From Balanoglossus misakiensis (lineage: Eukaryota > Animalia > Hemichordata), in assembly GCA_040954595.2 (NCBI GenBank), contig CM082582.2:9477483-9541482 (forward strand): a DNA stretch of 64,000 nt. Reading direction: 5' to 3'. A program made the position numbers and the translations under genes. Within the stretch, counting starts at the first letter, position 1; every line of letters begins with the position of its first letter. Positions 32,001 through 44,748 of this stretch are shown one piece after another. The notes under the pieces were generated by a model. It saw only the letters and a list, made by a program, of their open reading frames with translations. It was not told where the DNA came from and did no database searches.

Positions 32001-35000
32001 ATAATATGCGTAAGTACTGAAAGGGTGATGGTTAAGCCCTTTGTGCGATATTTCTCCAAGCTGTCATACTATCAATGGCCCTGTTAAAAGCTTTCTTTTC
32101 TATTACTTATTTCTCAATCATTTCTTTTTTTTTTCGCTGTTAGAAAACAGACTCGGGCACTCTTGGGGGAAAAACCAGAGTGCGAAAGGCAAAGACTTCG
32201 GTTGTTCAGACTTCGGCGACGGTGTCAGAGATTTGACTGCTCACTTGGCACGCGTTTAGTGGGAAGTGTGAGTTTTCCTAGCTGCGCGTGTATTTACAAC
32301 CTGTGAAAGTCGGTCGTCGAGGTGATCACGGCGGGGATTATGAAAACCCCCAGCTCGGTTTTGATTCCGTTTCTCAAATGAATTCCACTGCAAGCTTCGC
32401 ACCACCTCTCTCCGTATCTGTTTGGAATTTCTGGCAGTCTATCCGTCTCCGTCTGCCTCATTAAAGCCTGGATGCTTTTTTTATTATATTGGTCCCTTCC
32501 CTCGATCGTCTTGAAGTGAAATCTGCCCTTGATGTGGCAGCAGACGGTTCTAGGATCAGAACACCTGTCCCCGTGTTCGCGTTTTCAAACCACAAGTTGA
32601 ATGTCTGCATTCAGATGCCCTAATGATTCCTCTTTGTGTGGTAACTCTTGCTCTCTCCCTTCACCGTGTTTCCCCCCTCCAGCATAATCTGTCGAGCAAT
32701 CCCCTACCCCCTCAAAAAAAAAAATCTCCTCGCCCGAGGAAATCATTTTTCAGGTTGAATACAAGTAATCCTACCATCAGAAGGAGACAAAAAAACACAC
32801 AGAAAAAAAAACCTGTGGGTCGTTTAAAACGATTATGCCGTAATTTCACAAAAGGCAGCTTTAATTCTTATCCCTGCGATAATCACCGACTCCATCAGCT
32901 AGTTAACCAATAAAGGGCAAGCTCCCAGACACGTTTGGCCACCTCACACAACCTCCTCTGCTATTGCCTAACAATCAGTGTATTTGCCCTCCTATTGATT
33001 ATATTGAGTCCAAATAAATACAACTTACATAAATCATTGCACTGAGGCAAATCGCTCACTGACTAGGTCGTGCCGAAGTCGCACACACTGTTTTGATCAT
33101 ATCTGTCGTTTCCAAGGCACTTCATTTAAATCTCTAATCAGAGAGTGTTCCATGTATTTGTGCGAGTGTGTGTGTGTGTACACAGTCAGTGTCGCACACA
33201 ATCGAAAGCATTCTCAGTTCTTTCTTGGCCGTTTGAATTTTAAAAGTAACCCGAGTTCGAAGTCCGGGTAATAGTGTGTATATATAGTCTTTGCGGAGAT
33301 GAAAGTAAGTTTTTTGACAGATAAAAGGTCCCGTGTTAAGACACGTCCCTGTCACGCTTTAATGGATGTTAAACTCTTACCGCACGGCAGTCGAAACAAA
33401 AGATAAATTCACCCGCTCATGAGTGGCAGCTAGTGATCCATGAAGAAAGATGGCAAACTATTTAACACAATGACAGACCTCGGGACCTTAACAGATGAAA
33501 CACCAAAGAAAGGGAGAGCGAGAGAGAGACAGACAGATCGAGAGAGACAGAGAGAAAAATCTTTTAACTTTATAAGCTTTTCAATTCATAATAAAAGTAA
33601 ATGCTCCGACACTTTTATGCGTATTTTCCTGTGCTTTCATACACACAAACAAGATGTCATACTTAGGGTTATTGACGACTTGCTCGAATGTCAAACTGAA
33701 TGTGTCGATGGCATTCAGCCGCGATTTCAATGAAATTCCTGTTTCCACAAAGGCCTGGTTCAGAGGCAATTCACCGCACATCATGTTGGATAAATATGCC
33801 CGATGTTAAAACATGATTTTGGGGAAAATTGGGTCGCCGAGGAATTACAAGGAACACGTCCCTTTAAATGAGCGAGCGTCTTTTGTTGCCGGGGACGGCA
33901 CAATGGGAGCGCCGCGCCGAGAGTCACACACATTCAATTTCGACAAATGCAATTTGTAGAATGCGCTCCGACTTTTCATATTTTCTGATGTTTTCTCCGT
34001 CGGCACAATGGTCCTTCAGGAGGAGAACAAGCGGCGCGTACTCTCGGCTACATCGCCATGTCCGAGTGCTATATTCTCATCATGATTAAGCAAAACAAAA
34101 CGCCAAAGCCGCAACCTGACAGAGTGAATTTTCTGTCATTAGTCAGAACATGAAAATGAATGCCGCAGAATGGGGGCTGCCATTCACGTCTGCATTCACA
34201 TCTCTCGCATACTTCACTCTCTCTTAATTTGAGTGAACACCGCAAAATGTACAGATGAAAAAAAAAATTTCAACTTTCTTCCCTTTATCAGCTGTAGTGT
34301 CAAAAGTCAAATGGGGGGGGGGGGGGGGGCATGGTTAGACAGAGAAAATAGTTGCCTACATTGAAGAATTCAGAGATCAATTCTTCCTGTGTAAAAAAAA
34401 GTCATACGCTGCTTGGTGCAGTTTGCAAATATCCTTTTCAGTCAATGCAAGAAAAAAAAAACTTCAAGTGACTTTTTTTTACTGCATTGTGATAAAAAAA
34501 AACTTGGTATCAGACCGCAAAGTTTTGATAACCTGGGTGTGAAAGTTAAATGAGGGGGGAGGTGGTGATGAATTACCAGTAAGATAAGAGGTCTGCTCGA
34601 ATTAGCTGCGAATTTCATGTATCGCACACACAAACGCACACACGCAATCAAGACATCAAGGTGTCAGTAAATTATTGACTTATTCTCATCGTTTCGATTT
34701 CAGCCGAAAAAAAAAGTGATGGAGTTTTTTTTTTTTATATAACTCCCACCATGGATGGAATTAGTGTCTCTCTCGCTGTCATTAAAAAGCATGGTTTTCT
34801 TCTGGCAGAGCCACGCCTGGCACCAAAACAGGAAGCGGGGTCTGCACGCGCAGGGATGGATTTCACGCAAAGAGATGGACTTCCTGGGAGATACGGAACG
34901 CTGAATGCCAGAGAGATGATCTCACAAACTCTAACGAAATTCAGAGCACGCTGAAAATTCACAAAATGCTGTTGCAGCCAGCCACGACTCAATTATTAAG

Positions 35001-38000
35001 AACTAATCCATTTATTTGTAAAATCTGTAATATTCCGACTTTTTGGCAGCATTTTTGCCTTTGTACTGACTACTTTCTGTTCTACTCCCCGAAACGCGTC
35101 AAAACACCCGGTACTCCACTTGACAAGGCAGCTCTCGCATATATGTGCAGCCAGCGTACTTACTAATTGATCCGTAAATTGATTTTAAGTTCAGACTTTA
35201 ATCCAATTGTTAATACCGGTAATACACACAATCATGACGTCCATTATAACTTGTACAAATACAGACACTTTCAACATGATATAGTGACTAGAAAAAGCAA
35301 TTAAATATACGTGTTATTTTTCTATCATTTGCTAAGAAAGGTTTGATAATTTTGGGTAACTAGAAAAGTGTTTAAATTTATAAATTTTATGTGAAAGGTA
35401 AAAAAAATGCTTGGAGCACAAACTGCAGTATCGTATGAAACATTTCATGCCCCATGCTTTTCCATTTTGTCATTTTACAAGAGATATTATCGTCAACATC
35501 ATAATCTTGAAGCTTGGACACTAAACATAAAAACCCTCATGCTTTCCTGATCAATGTCAAATTTCATTTTGATGAATATAATATGGGAGTCGCGCTAATC
35601 TATTTTAGGCGAAGGACGTTTTTGAACGAATTTTTTTTTTTTGCGGGGGAGAAAATCGGCGAGAGAAGGAACCGTATCAGGAAATCTGATATAGAAATAT
35701 ACAGCACAGATTGGCAGAAGACATTACATTGTCAAACTGTATGATTGCAGGGCAGTTTTATCACAAGCTATCTGGAGTTGAAGAAACTCTTACCCAGACA
35801 GGAAATATTTCTATGTGCAAACTTTGCTGTCTAATGCATCCAAATGTATGTGACACTCCCAAATGACTTCCACAAAACACAAGAAACATTTAAGGCAGCA
35901 ATTTTATTAGGAAGTGCATTGTCGGGGGAAAAAGCATCTATCCCTATGCCTCCTCAAGGAGAAGAGAGCACACTGGCTTGTAATGCTTTGCCCGGGAAAC
36001 CCACAAGCAACAGTCTCTATGCAGCCAAATTGAATCTGCTCAACTCTTACAGATGCCGCTGTATTCTACATTTAGGGAAGAAAAAAAACTAGAAAACTTA
36101 ACATGCGCAATTCACGGGATTACCTTCAGTAACTGCATGAATTATTTTGACCTTTTAAATGCTGCTGTTCAATATTTCAAATCCGATTATTGTCTGCGAA
36201 CGCTCTCCCAGACTTTCAAACGTTTCTGGTCTTTTGGCTTTAGCCAGGAAAAAAACAACACAATTTGAAGTGGGGGAGAGCATTTAGGAAATTGAAATGG
36301 AGAAATAAATGGAAATTTATGATTACATATTTTGTAAAATGCCCCAAATTGCAGCCATCGGCAAATGTTTCAGACAGACTGGAGCCTTAATCTGTATGAC
36401 AAAGGGGACATTTCCATGACAATCAAGTCCGTTATTTCTAATATTTTGAATATGAAAGATTGATGATTGTGGATGGCACCAAAGTAATATTTAAAATCAA
36501 TGCTCGTAACATTTGACTGTGGGTCTTAAGAACAATATGCTTTCAAAGCGCTTACTGTTTGGTAACTTTGGGGCTTTTCACCTTATGAAAGATTTTGCCA
36601 ACTTTCACTTGAAAAAAGTTTATTCAAATTTTAGTTGAGTTCTCTATACTCTCTCATTATTAATTATGTTCATGAACTTTCACTTTGCACATTTGTTGTA
36701 AACATACCCCTAAACTATTCCAAAATAATTAGTCAGACTTTTGTCAACTTTGAGCAACAATTGGGATCTTTCCCTTTTATTTTTGCCCTTACAGAAAGAG
36801 ACGTCCAGTACTGGTATTTGCATTAATGAAGACACATTTTATGCATGACCTTAAACTGTCCAATAATTCAACGAAATCAAAATCCTGTTTCGTGATATAT
36901 TTTCAACTGTGACTTTGACATAATCTTGAATAAAACGCCTGAACGGGCTTGCCAAAGAAGGTCTGAAAGAAATACAACTCCCTCAAGATATGATTTCAGA
37001 GCGGCACCCACACGCCAATAAATAATATTCCAGAGTTACAGATTAACCCTTTTTTTCTTCTGGAAATGACCTCCCAGAGTAATTGACTCGCCGATTGAAA
37101 TATTATCTTTGTGAGGGGGGGTTTTCGGGGAAAACTAGTGTCGGCCTAGCGAATCATAAAATGTGCATTTAGTGCAGCTGTATGGAGCTTGAGAATTTAA
37201 TCTTTTCAGAAGCACAACTGGAGAGCTGGCATTTTTTCATAGCTGTAGTCGAGTTACACCAAACAACCTGGGAATTGTTGCTAATATCTCACCCATATCC
37301 CATTTGCCGCTCTAAACTGTCATAAAGCAAAGTTTCAGATTACCAGCGGATAAGAAGTATATTTATGAGTTTGCTGGCTCTGACATTTATTCATTTCTTG
37401 GGCTGGTCTCGTTTGGCTTCTTAAAAAGTGCGCACCGTTGGGGTTGGCGAGTGCAGATGCATTGTGGAATAGTACTTCTTTAAGAAGAAGAGATGAAGAA
37501 GAAAAAGAACAGATGTCAAAGATATTAAAATGGAATAATAGCTATGAATGGGGGGATAAGCAGACTTTTTGTAAGTAAACACTCATAGGTTAAATTTCAA
37601 TTTGTCTTGGATCTTGTATCTGTCCCCCGTCTGACAAGTGGGAATTACTGGCCGGGCTTGTGTTGGGGAAAATTTATTACTCGTCTCCTAAGCTTGTTCT
37701 CCTGTGCCGGGACATAATAAGAAAGTTGTAAGAAGCCCAAAGAAGGGGCTCAGATTTACTGCTTTGTTCACGGCAGATGCAAGAAAAAAAAAGATAGTCC
37801 GATAACCGAGCTACTTTTATACAAGAATGGAAACACTTGAAAGCCACGATCATGTAGCAACTAAGAAAGGATAAAAATATAAAACTAATTCTACATCGTT
37901 CAAAAGAGTTTAACATCAAAGGAGATTACTCAGAGGGCAAATTATTCCACGCTAAAAAAAACTCACAATTCTCAATAAAACGCTTGAAAAATGACTTCTG

Positions 38001-39327
38001 ATCATAAAAATGAAAACTCTCCCTGGTAATATCATTTCTCGTTGGATGAAAAATGACGGCTGCGACTGATCGTCCCCGGCTGGGCCCTACAGACTCAACG
38101 GTTAAGAGTTTAAAATGGAGTAGAGAGACTCTTACACACAGGTGGGTAGAGAGACCTGCCTTAGCCGTTTTGGATTTATGGACCTTTCGCCTCTATATTT
38201 GTATATCTCACTCGGGTGTTTATCAATTTTGATAACCTTTGCTACCGGACCAGTAATAAATAACGGTAATGATGTTCAGTTTGGAAGGGATCGTGTCTCT
38301 CTCAAACACACACATAGAACAGATGATTAACATCAAAACACTGCTTTGCTCTCTGCTCAGGGATTATTTTTTCTTCTGTGTTTTTTTCGATGAATGATTG
38401 CCTCCTAAATTATCGTGTCCCGCAACAGAGACTGATTTGGTTTTATCGAGATATTCATAAATAAATGATGGCGGATGAGAATTTTTTTTTCATGCGGCAG
38501 ATTAAGCCACCGTTTTTTTGCGATGAACTGTAACTGGTGAAAGTTTGACACCAGGGTAATCATATCGCGAATGTTATGACTTCTAGTCGTGCTCGGCTGC
38601 CGTCCCTATCAGCGAATGAATGGCTTGCAATTTTCATCACTTGTTATAATGCGACTAACAGGGCATGAAATGTGTGACTTTTCACACAATGTTCAGTTTC
38701 TTTCCCCACACATTCATGTTCTCATCAAGACTACACACGAAATATGAATATTTTTGTTTGCAGAGTACTTCATCCATAATGATGAAAAAATAAATGTTCT
38801 GTGATGCAAAGTACGACAGGCATGTGAAATCATAAGATTGGTCAAGATTAACTTAAGGCAAGATACTGAATGTGAACTTCTGCCCTGCAGCACTGGCGTA
38901 ATGTCATGACAGTGATCTACTGTGCTGCAACATTGACGTAAAACTGTTGACAACACAATCCTGCATATTTAATTACATTGCTGCAATGGTTGAGTGTCAT
39001 GCACCAAAGTTAATACCGAAGTACTGTATTGCAGCTCCCAGCACATTAACACAGACATCGCACTGTTAAATCTTGTTGAAGTGGGTACGATAAGGCATAT
39101 TGCTAAACTCTGGCGCTATCTTGAAATCACAGAGAAGAAATCTCGGGGCACTCGCAATAGCACTGCTCTGATAAGACATAACATGTCGAATGCAGCAACA
39201 TCTATGGCTACATGGACAGTAGTGGGGTTCAACAGTTTACATAAATACAAATGAAAAAGTTATACTGTCAGATACTAGAACACTAACTCTGCAATGGTTT
39301 ACTCAATGACTGAGTTATATTCTGTCA

Positions 39328-39375
39328 ATCATCATCATCATCATCATTATCATCATCACCATCATCATCATCATC
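39328..39375. repeat. (ATC)n microsatellite, 16 units with ATT and ACC interruptions
   Basis: Read directly. Confidence 0.93.
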
Positions 39376-40732
39376 AAAACAGTATACACTTTCATGCAAA
39401 TCTATTCGTCACACTCTAGCTTTCTACTGAATAAAGATCCTCCCCTGTCAGCAAGTCTCTACGAAAGTAGGAGTAAAAGTATGAAACATCTTTTGTTATG
39501 TAAATACATGATTTACATATTCAAATATTATTCAAATGAGCAAACATTGAATTTCAGTGCAGCTTGAGAATGATACACAGAATAGCATCAGTGCCAGGTT
39601 GAGATAACAAGTAGCATTTATCTCGTGGAAGCATTTTTGTCACCATTTTTTGGTTGAGAAGTGCACGAAATAATTTTGCCCAAGTTAAACAATCACCAAA
39701 TAAAGAGATGGAAAAAAATTTGTGATAATATTAAATTTGAATTCGCAAATGATTGACATTTTTTGTGAATGAAACCTGGACTGTACCCATAGTGCCAACA
39801 AAAGAGGAATGGTCAGACTAAAAGTGAAAGAGATCGAGGCTCACTTTTTTCCTGACGTTTCTTCTTAAAATTCCAGGAGATGCTGGAGAGTGGGTATGGA
39901 CAGAATTTGCAGTGCACTGCTCTGACAGCCAGCCACACTGGAAATGGCAGCTTGTGAAAGCAAATTGTCACCAAAATCCTTTCACGAGGGTACTTCTCCC
40001 CGCTCAGGCCCTCTTGAGTCGAAACGCAGAGAGCCCCTGTCTGGCAGAGAGATGCCGGGCTCGATTGAAAAAAGAGAGAGAAAAAAGTCCAAAGTGTTTT
40101 GTTGCCAGAAAGCGTGGCAAAATTCAAATTATTTGGGTCTGGAAAGCGGTGATTTAAAGTTTACACAGTGGTGACACTGTGACTGGCCTATCTGCTCTTC
40201 CCATCTCTGTGTTTACGGCCTTCTTGTTCGCTCCGTTCCCTTGCCATTTCATATTTATAACAAAATTCTGTTCCGCATAAAAAATTCAGTACCAATTTCA
40301 GTGGGACGCGCATGAGTAAACAAAGAGAAGTTATAGCAGTAATGTTGATATGACCCTTCAATATTTTATCTTTATTTAAACTTTTAGGTCTATCGCAGCC
40401 GTTCTCATGAATACACACTACTCTGCACCGTGTAATCTGAACCGCTTGTAGGCAATCAGAAATAGTCGACTCACATTTTCACACACAGACATCAGGTATT
40501 GGTTTTGTTACAGAAAGATTAAATTGTATCTAAATATAATCAGCATACTAGCTAATTTGTGTTAGTACACTGGATTACGTATTGAATACACTGCTGTATT
40601 TCACTGCCTTGTACAAAAATAAAATTAAAGGAAAGTTTTCATAAATTGTACTTTTTTGATTTTCATTCAAAAAAATTGTTCATGCCAGGCATTTGTTAAA
40701 AATCGTAACACCACCGAAATTAAATCATGTGA

Positions 40733-40825
40733 TTAACCCTTTCATCCCTGTTTTCCTCTGCATAGGTCCAACTTTTCAAAAGAAAACAATGAGTTTGGAC
40801 CAAACCATGCTAGTGAAAGGGTTAA
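40733..40825. mobile_element. piggyBac-type MITE, copy 1 (85 bp plus TTAA target-site duplication)
   Basis: TTAA|CCCTTTCA...TGAAAGGG|TTAA with an internal inverted repeat GGTCCAA/TTGGACC. Its last 67 nt are 55/67 identical to the copy at 62716-62811. TTAA duplication with CCC/GGG termini is the established piggyBac signature. Confidence 0.85.
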
Positions 40826-40833
40826 ACTGTATC

Positions 40834-41000
40834 ATTGGAAATGAATATGCTAACATGGGACCAGTGTCACGATTGGTTAATGAGAACAGATTAACAAATT
40901 GCTTTGACCTGATTGGTCCGTGCTGTCACTGCTTTCATACTGATTGGTCCACCCAGAATTAAACTCTCAAATAATTTGTAAATAATCCTAATTTCATTGG
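40834..41000 (-). promoter_or_regulatory. Cluster of five same-orientation CCAAT (ATTGG) boxes
   Basis: ATTGG at 40834, 40872, 40912, 40943 and 40996; CTGATTGGTCC occurs twice, 31 bp apart. Function is not shown. Confidence 0.35.
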
Positions 41001-44000
41001 TTCCCTGCAGTCATGATATAATCAAAGTCCATGTGCTTAAATAGGTATCAAAAGTTCACCAAATATTCAGAAAAGAAATGACAAGTCTGCAAAACATGCA
41101 GCCTGCATGTACACTATCACATGCTGTAACAACTTTGCGTGTCTATAAACACCTTGAAATGCCAATACACAGGTGTCAATTGCTCCATCTGGCTATCAGA
41201 ATTGAATTATGATATTTTTCCCTGATAATCCCAAATCACTGGTGACAAAAACATGCGGAGTAAAGTTATTTCCAATCAACTACACTAAATCACGCAGCCA
41301 ATAAGCCGTCTGACGAAAACATTTTTTTTTCTCCCCGTCAAATTTTTCTCTCGATGTCGGACCATTAGCCAACCAAGTGCTAACTGCCTGCCAATTTTTC
41401 CAGTCATTTTTCAAGCATTTTTTTCCTAATGGCCGATATTTCAGAAACAAATTCGGGTTTATTGTTCATACAATTGCATAAATGCTTTCAAGAAAAATGT
41501 GAATGGATACTGGCAAATAAGAGATGCTGTCATCACACGGCCATTATTTTCAGGGAATAAACATAAATTTCATCTTAAGGGTGTAATAATCCTTTGAATA
41601 CAGCCTTTGGCTGGCAATAATCTGCAAATAACCCCATTTCTCATGTTTTCGTAGCTGCATGATGATCCTGAAATTTTCCGTTCGTTTTGTTCGACATCAT
41701 TACTCAGGCTCAGCACACACCTTGAAACCGCAGACACAAGGAAGGAGAAAATTGAAGGAATGTGCTCTTTTTGGCAACTGAGATTGCGACTCAAAACTTA
41801 AAATTAAAATGATCAAAATTTCTTTTCACTTCAATGTAGTTCTCAAAAACGTTCAAATACACACCATCATTATTCACTGTCTTGTTTTGTTTTTAAATCA
41901 CCTTTTTGTCTATTGTAGTAAATTCACACTTCATTCATTCTAAAATGATCAGAAACTTCTGAAATTTGTGAAAAAAGTTCAGAATTTTATGAAAACAGGT
42001 AAAAAATTTCATCAGAAATTTTTGGGGAAAGTAATGACACAGATGAAGGTTTACAGTGCGATGCACACGAACAGACATGTGAAATCAGAGTAGAAACTTG
42101 GCAATATTTTTATGGCATTAATCTGCCGCTCCAATAAATCCCTGCTTTGAGATTTAATAATATAAAGAAGCGCTCATATATCAGTATATTCTATCTAATG
42201 ACCTAATTGTAAAGTGTTCTTATATAGACAAAGATCTGAGCAACCCTCGTATAATGAAGCCGCCGTGACGCTAAAAAAAAAAATCTTGAATTGCGACGCA
42301 CACAATAAAGCGATGGAATATATGGCAAACATAACGAGAGCTCTAGTCACTGACACTGCTAAATAGGAATCCTATCAAATTTGCTCCGAGGTCACACTGC
42401 AAGCTGCAATGTTAAAATATGAATTATTAGGCCAAGTGTCCTCTTAATAACAGGCCCTGACATATCATACATTTAATAATTGTGCATCTGCACCCCCGTA
42501 TTAAGAGTAATACACAGATTTTTATTGTGTCACTTGCTATATTGACTTATCAATTTTCCTGCATCTCTCTCTCCCCCTACTTTTATTGCTGTGTCACTAG
42601 TCTCAATTTTGAACACAAGTAACCGTTTGGGCCAACTCCTAGGCTTATTAAATTCTGCAAAATGATACATGCGATACCGAAGTTAATCTCCGAGCGAGGG
42701 GGGATGAAGAAGAAAAAACTGAAAATGAAGCTGGCCGGCGTAATGAAAAAAATATAACATTAAAACCGGGAGTCGGGATCTTCTTTAGTAACTTGAATCG
42801 TCTCCACGTCTTGTCCGCGTTTGCTCGCTCGCTTGCTTACGCCGGTAAATTGCCATTACCCCGTCAGCTAAACGAGAAAATTAATTTTCATTTCTGGGAC
42901 GCGAGGGGCACGATGCTGCGACTATAGGTTTAATTATGAAAAATGACACCAGATTGTCAGAAGAAGTGTAAAATTTATAGCACCCTACAAAGAAGGTTAA
43001 CTGGAAACACTGAAACCTACTATGCGTCTGATGAGAGGCCAGCACCCTGCCTTATTGCCGACTACTCATCCTTCACGTTCAGACCCCACAGAAATATGAC
43101 ACAGAATTTACACAACCATTGCCAAAGTTTGACAATCGGCGCACACACACACGTCCATCCACGCACACAAAAGGCCATGCTGTTTATTAGTTAGCCGTAT
43201 TCCTCCAAATGAAACACGACCGTCAGGTTCGTCCAAATTATTTTTTATCATTCGTCAGTTTTACAGAAACCCCGGCAAAGTGAAATCAGATATATTTGGA
43301 GTCCATTCTTCGCTATGAATTAACCAACACAAAATTAAGTTCTCAATTCCAAGGCAGTATACGCATCTCTGCCGCGAACAAAGAAAGTTGTATTTAGCGA
43401 GTAGCCGCTCTCAGCGTGTCAATTTTCCTGCCCCGGCGATTGACATTCATGTCTTGTCTTATTAAGAGTATACAATAAATGAACTGAGGAGTCTCATCCA
43501 AAATCTATAAAATTATTTTCGGGTTTAATGAGATTATTTGATACACAGATACAGACAGTAAAAAGGGAGACATTCAGTTCTTTTTCTCTCAATCTTTGCA
43601 GAAGGATGGAGTTCTCTCTCTCTCTTTTAAAAAAATCAAATTATCACTCTCTGCAAAAGCCCACAGTAATAATTTAACGATGAATGTCCTCATTCATTAA
43701 AACAACTATGAAAGAAGGAAAAAATGACACAAACTATCAAATTGAATTATATTTCACCAGGTTGGTAATTTTCGTGTTATTGGATGTCGTGTCAGTTCAA
43801 GAGTGAACGGGATGAAAACAGAAATTCAATAATGAAAGTTTGGATGAGTACAAAGCTTTTACAGAAATTAAAAAAGTTTCTTCAAATGGACTTCTGGTTA
43901 GTAACTTTTGATAGTGTTTGGGATAATTTTTGTTTCATGAGCGAAGTTACTGTTCAGATAATATGGCTTAACCTAGCATATATGAAACAATTTTGCTCTC

Positions 44001-44020
44001 TCATTCAGTATTGTAGATGA

Positions 44021-44127
44021 CAACCCCCAATTTTAATTCTCAAATTTTATGAGAGAATAATCCGGTTGCCTTGAGTAAAACGTGAGAAAAACTTTAACTT
44101 TGATTTCCAAGGTGTATACTACCTAAA
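44021..44127 (+). mobile_element. Possible degenerate opposite terminus of the MITE-like family seen at 28973
   Basis: Ends in ttccaaggtgtatactacctaaa, an inverted match to 28973-28996. The internal boundary is a guess. Confidence 0.3.
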
Positions 44128-44617
44128 TACACGTAGTAACCTTCTGATTGAAGGACCAACTGAATTCACCAACAAAAAATCTGCTTAGCTGGCTTACTTT
44201 TTCCAAGGATAGGTTGTAAGCTTTTCACATTTTGTTAGCGCATTTGCAAAATTTCAACATCACACTATCATGACTTCTTTTTTTTCTTCCCCGTAGCCAC
44301 CTTTTCCTGGATAACCAGTGAAAGCACAGCTGCTGAAATCAATACCTGGCAATCCAAATTTCTAAAGAAATGCTGCGTTGGAATCTTTGTATTTCCCATA
44401 AAAATCACTTAACTGCCCCGTTTTCGTGTGGGAAAACTGGCGATGACATCACGGGGCTCGGACACAAAGCGGGGTCGCCATTAGTTAAAAATGTCTTAAT
44501 CAGAAGCAAATATTGGAGTGATATGATTAATGGCTTGCAGCCGTCGCTGGCTGATATTATTTTGAAATTCCGGCGCTCAAATTTGCCGAGTGCATCTGTG
44601 TGCTGGCAATCTTGTTG

Positions 44618-44748
44618 TGACAGCTGCCTGCCTTGGTTGGGAACACAAGAATTGAGACGTGGCAAAAAGTTTTATATTTGACAGGTGAGAGATAGCATGG
44701 TGTATGACAGAGGTCTGTCAAAGGAGGATCTATCAACAGCCCTGACAG
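44618..44748. promoter_or_regulatory. Homotypic cluster of TGACAG (TALE-class Meis/Tgif/Pknox-type) motifs, candidate enhancer
   Basis: TGACAG at 44618, 44679, 44705 and 44743, CTGTCA at 44715; includes the palindrome TGACAGA-GG-TCTGTCA. Confidence 0.35.

Noticed and set aside
33253-33268. GAGTTCGAAGTCC as a Pol III B-box of a tRNA or SINE
   Set aside because: No A-box at suitable spacing, no cloverleaf, and no tail or target-site duplication.
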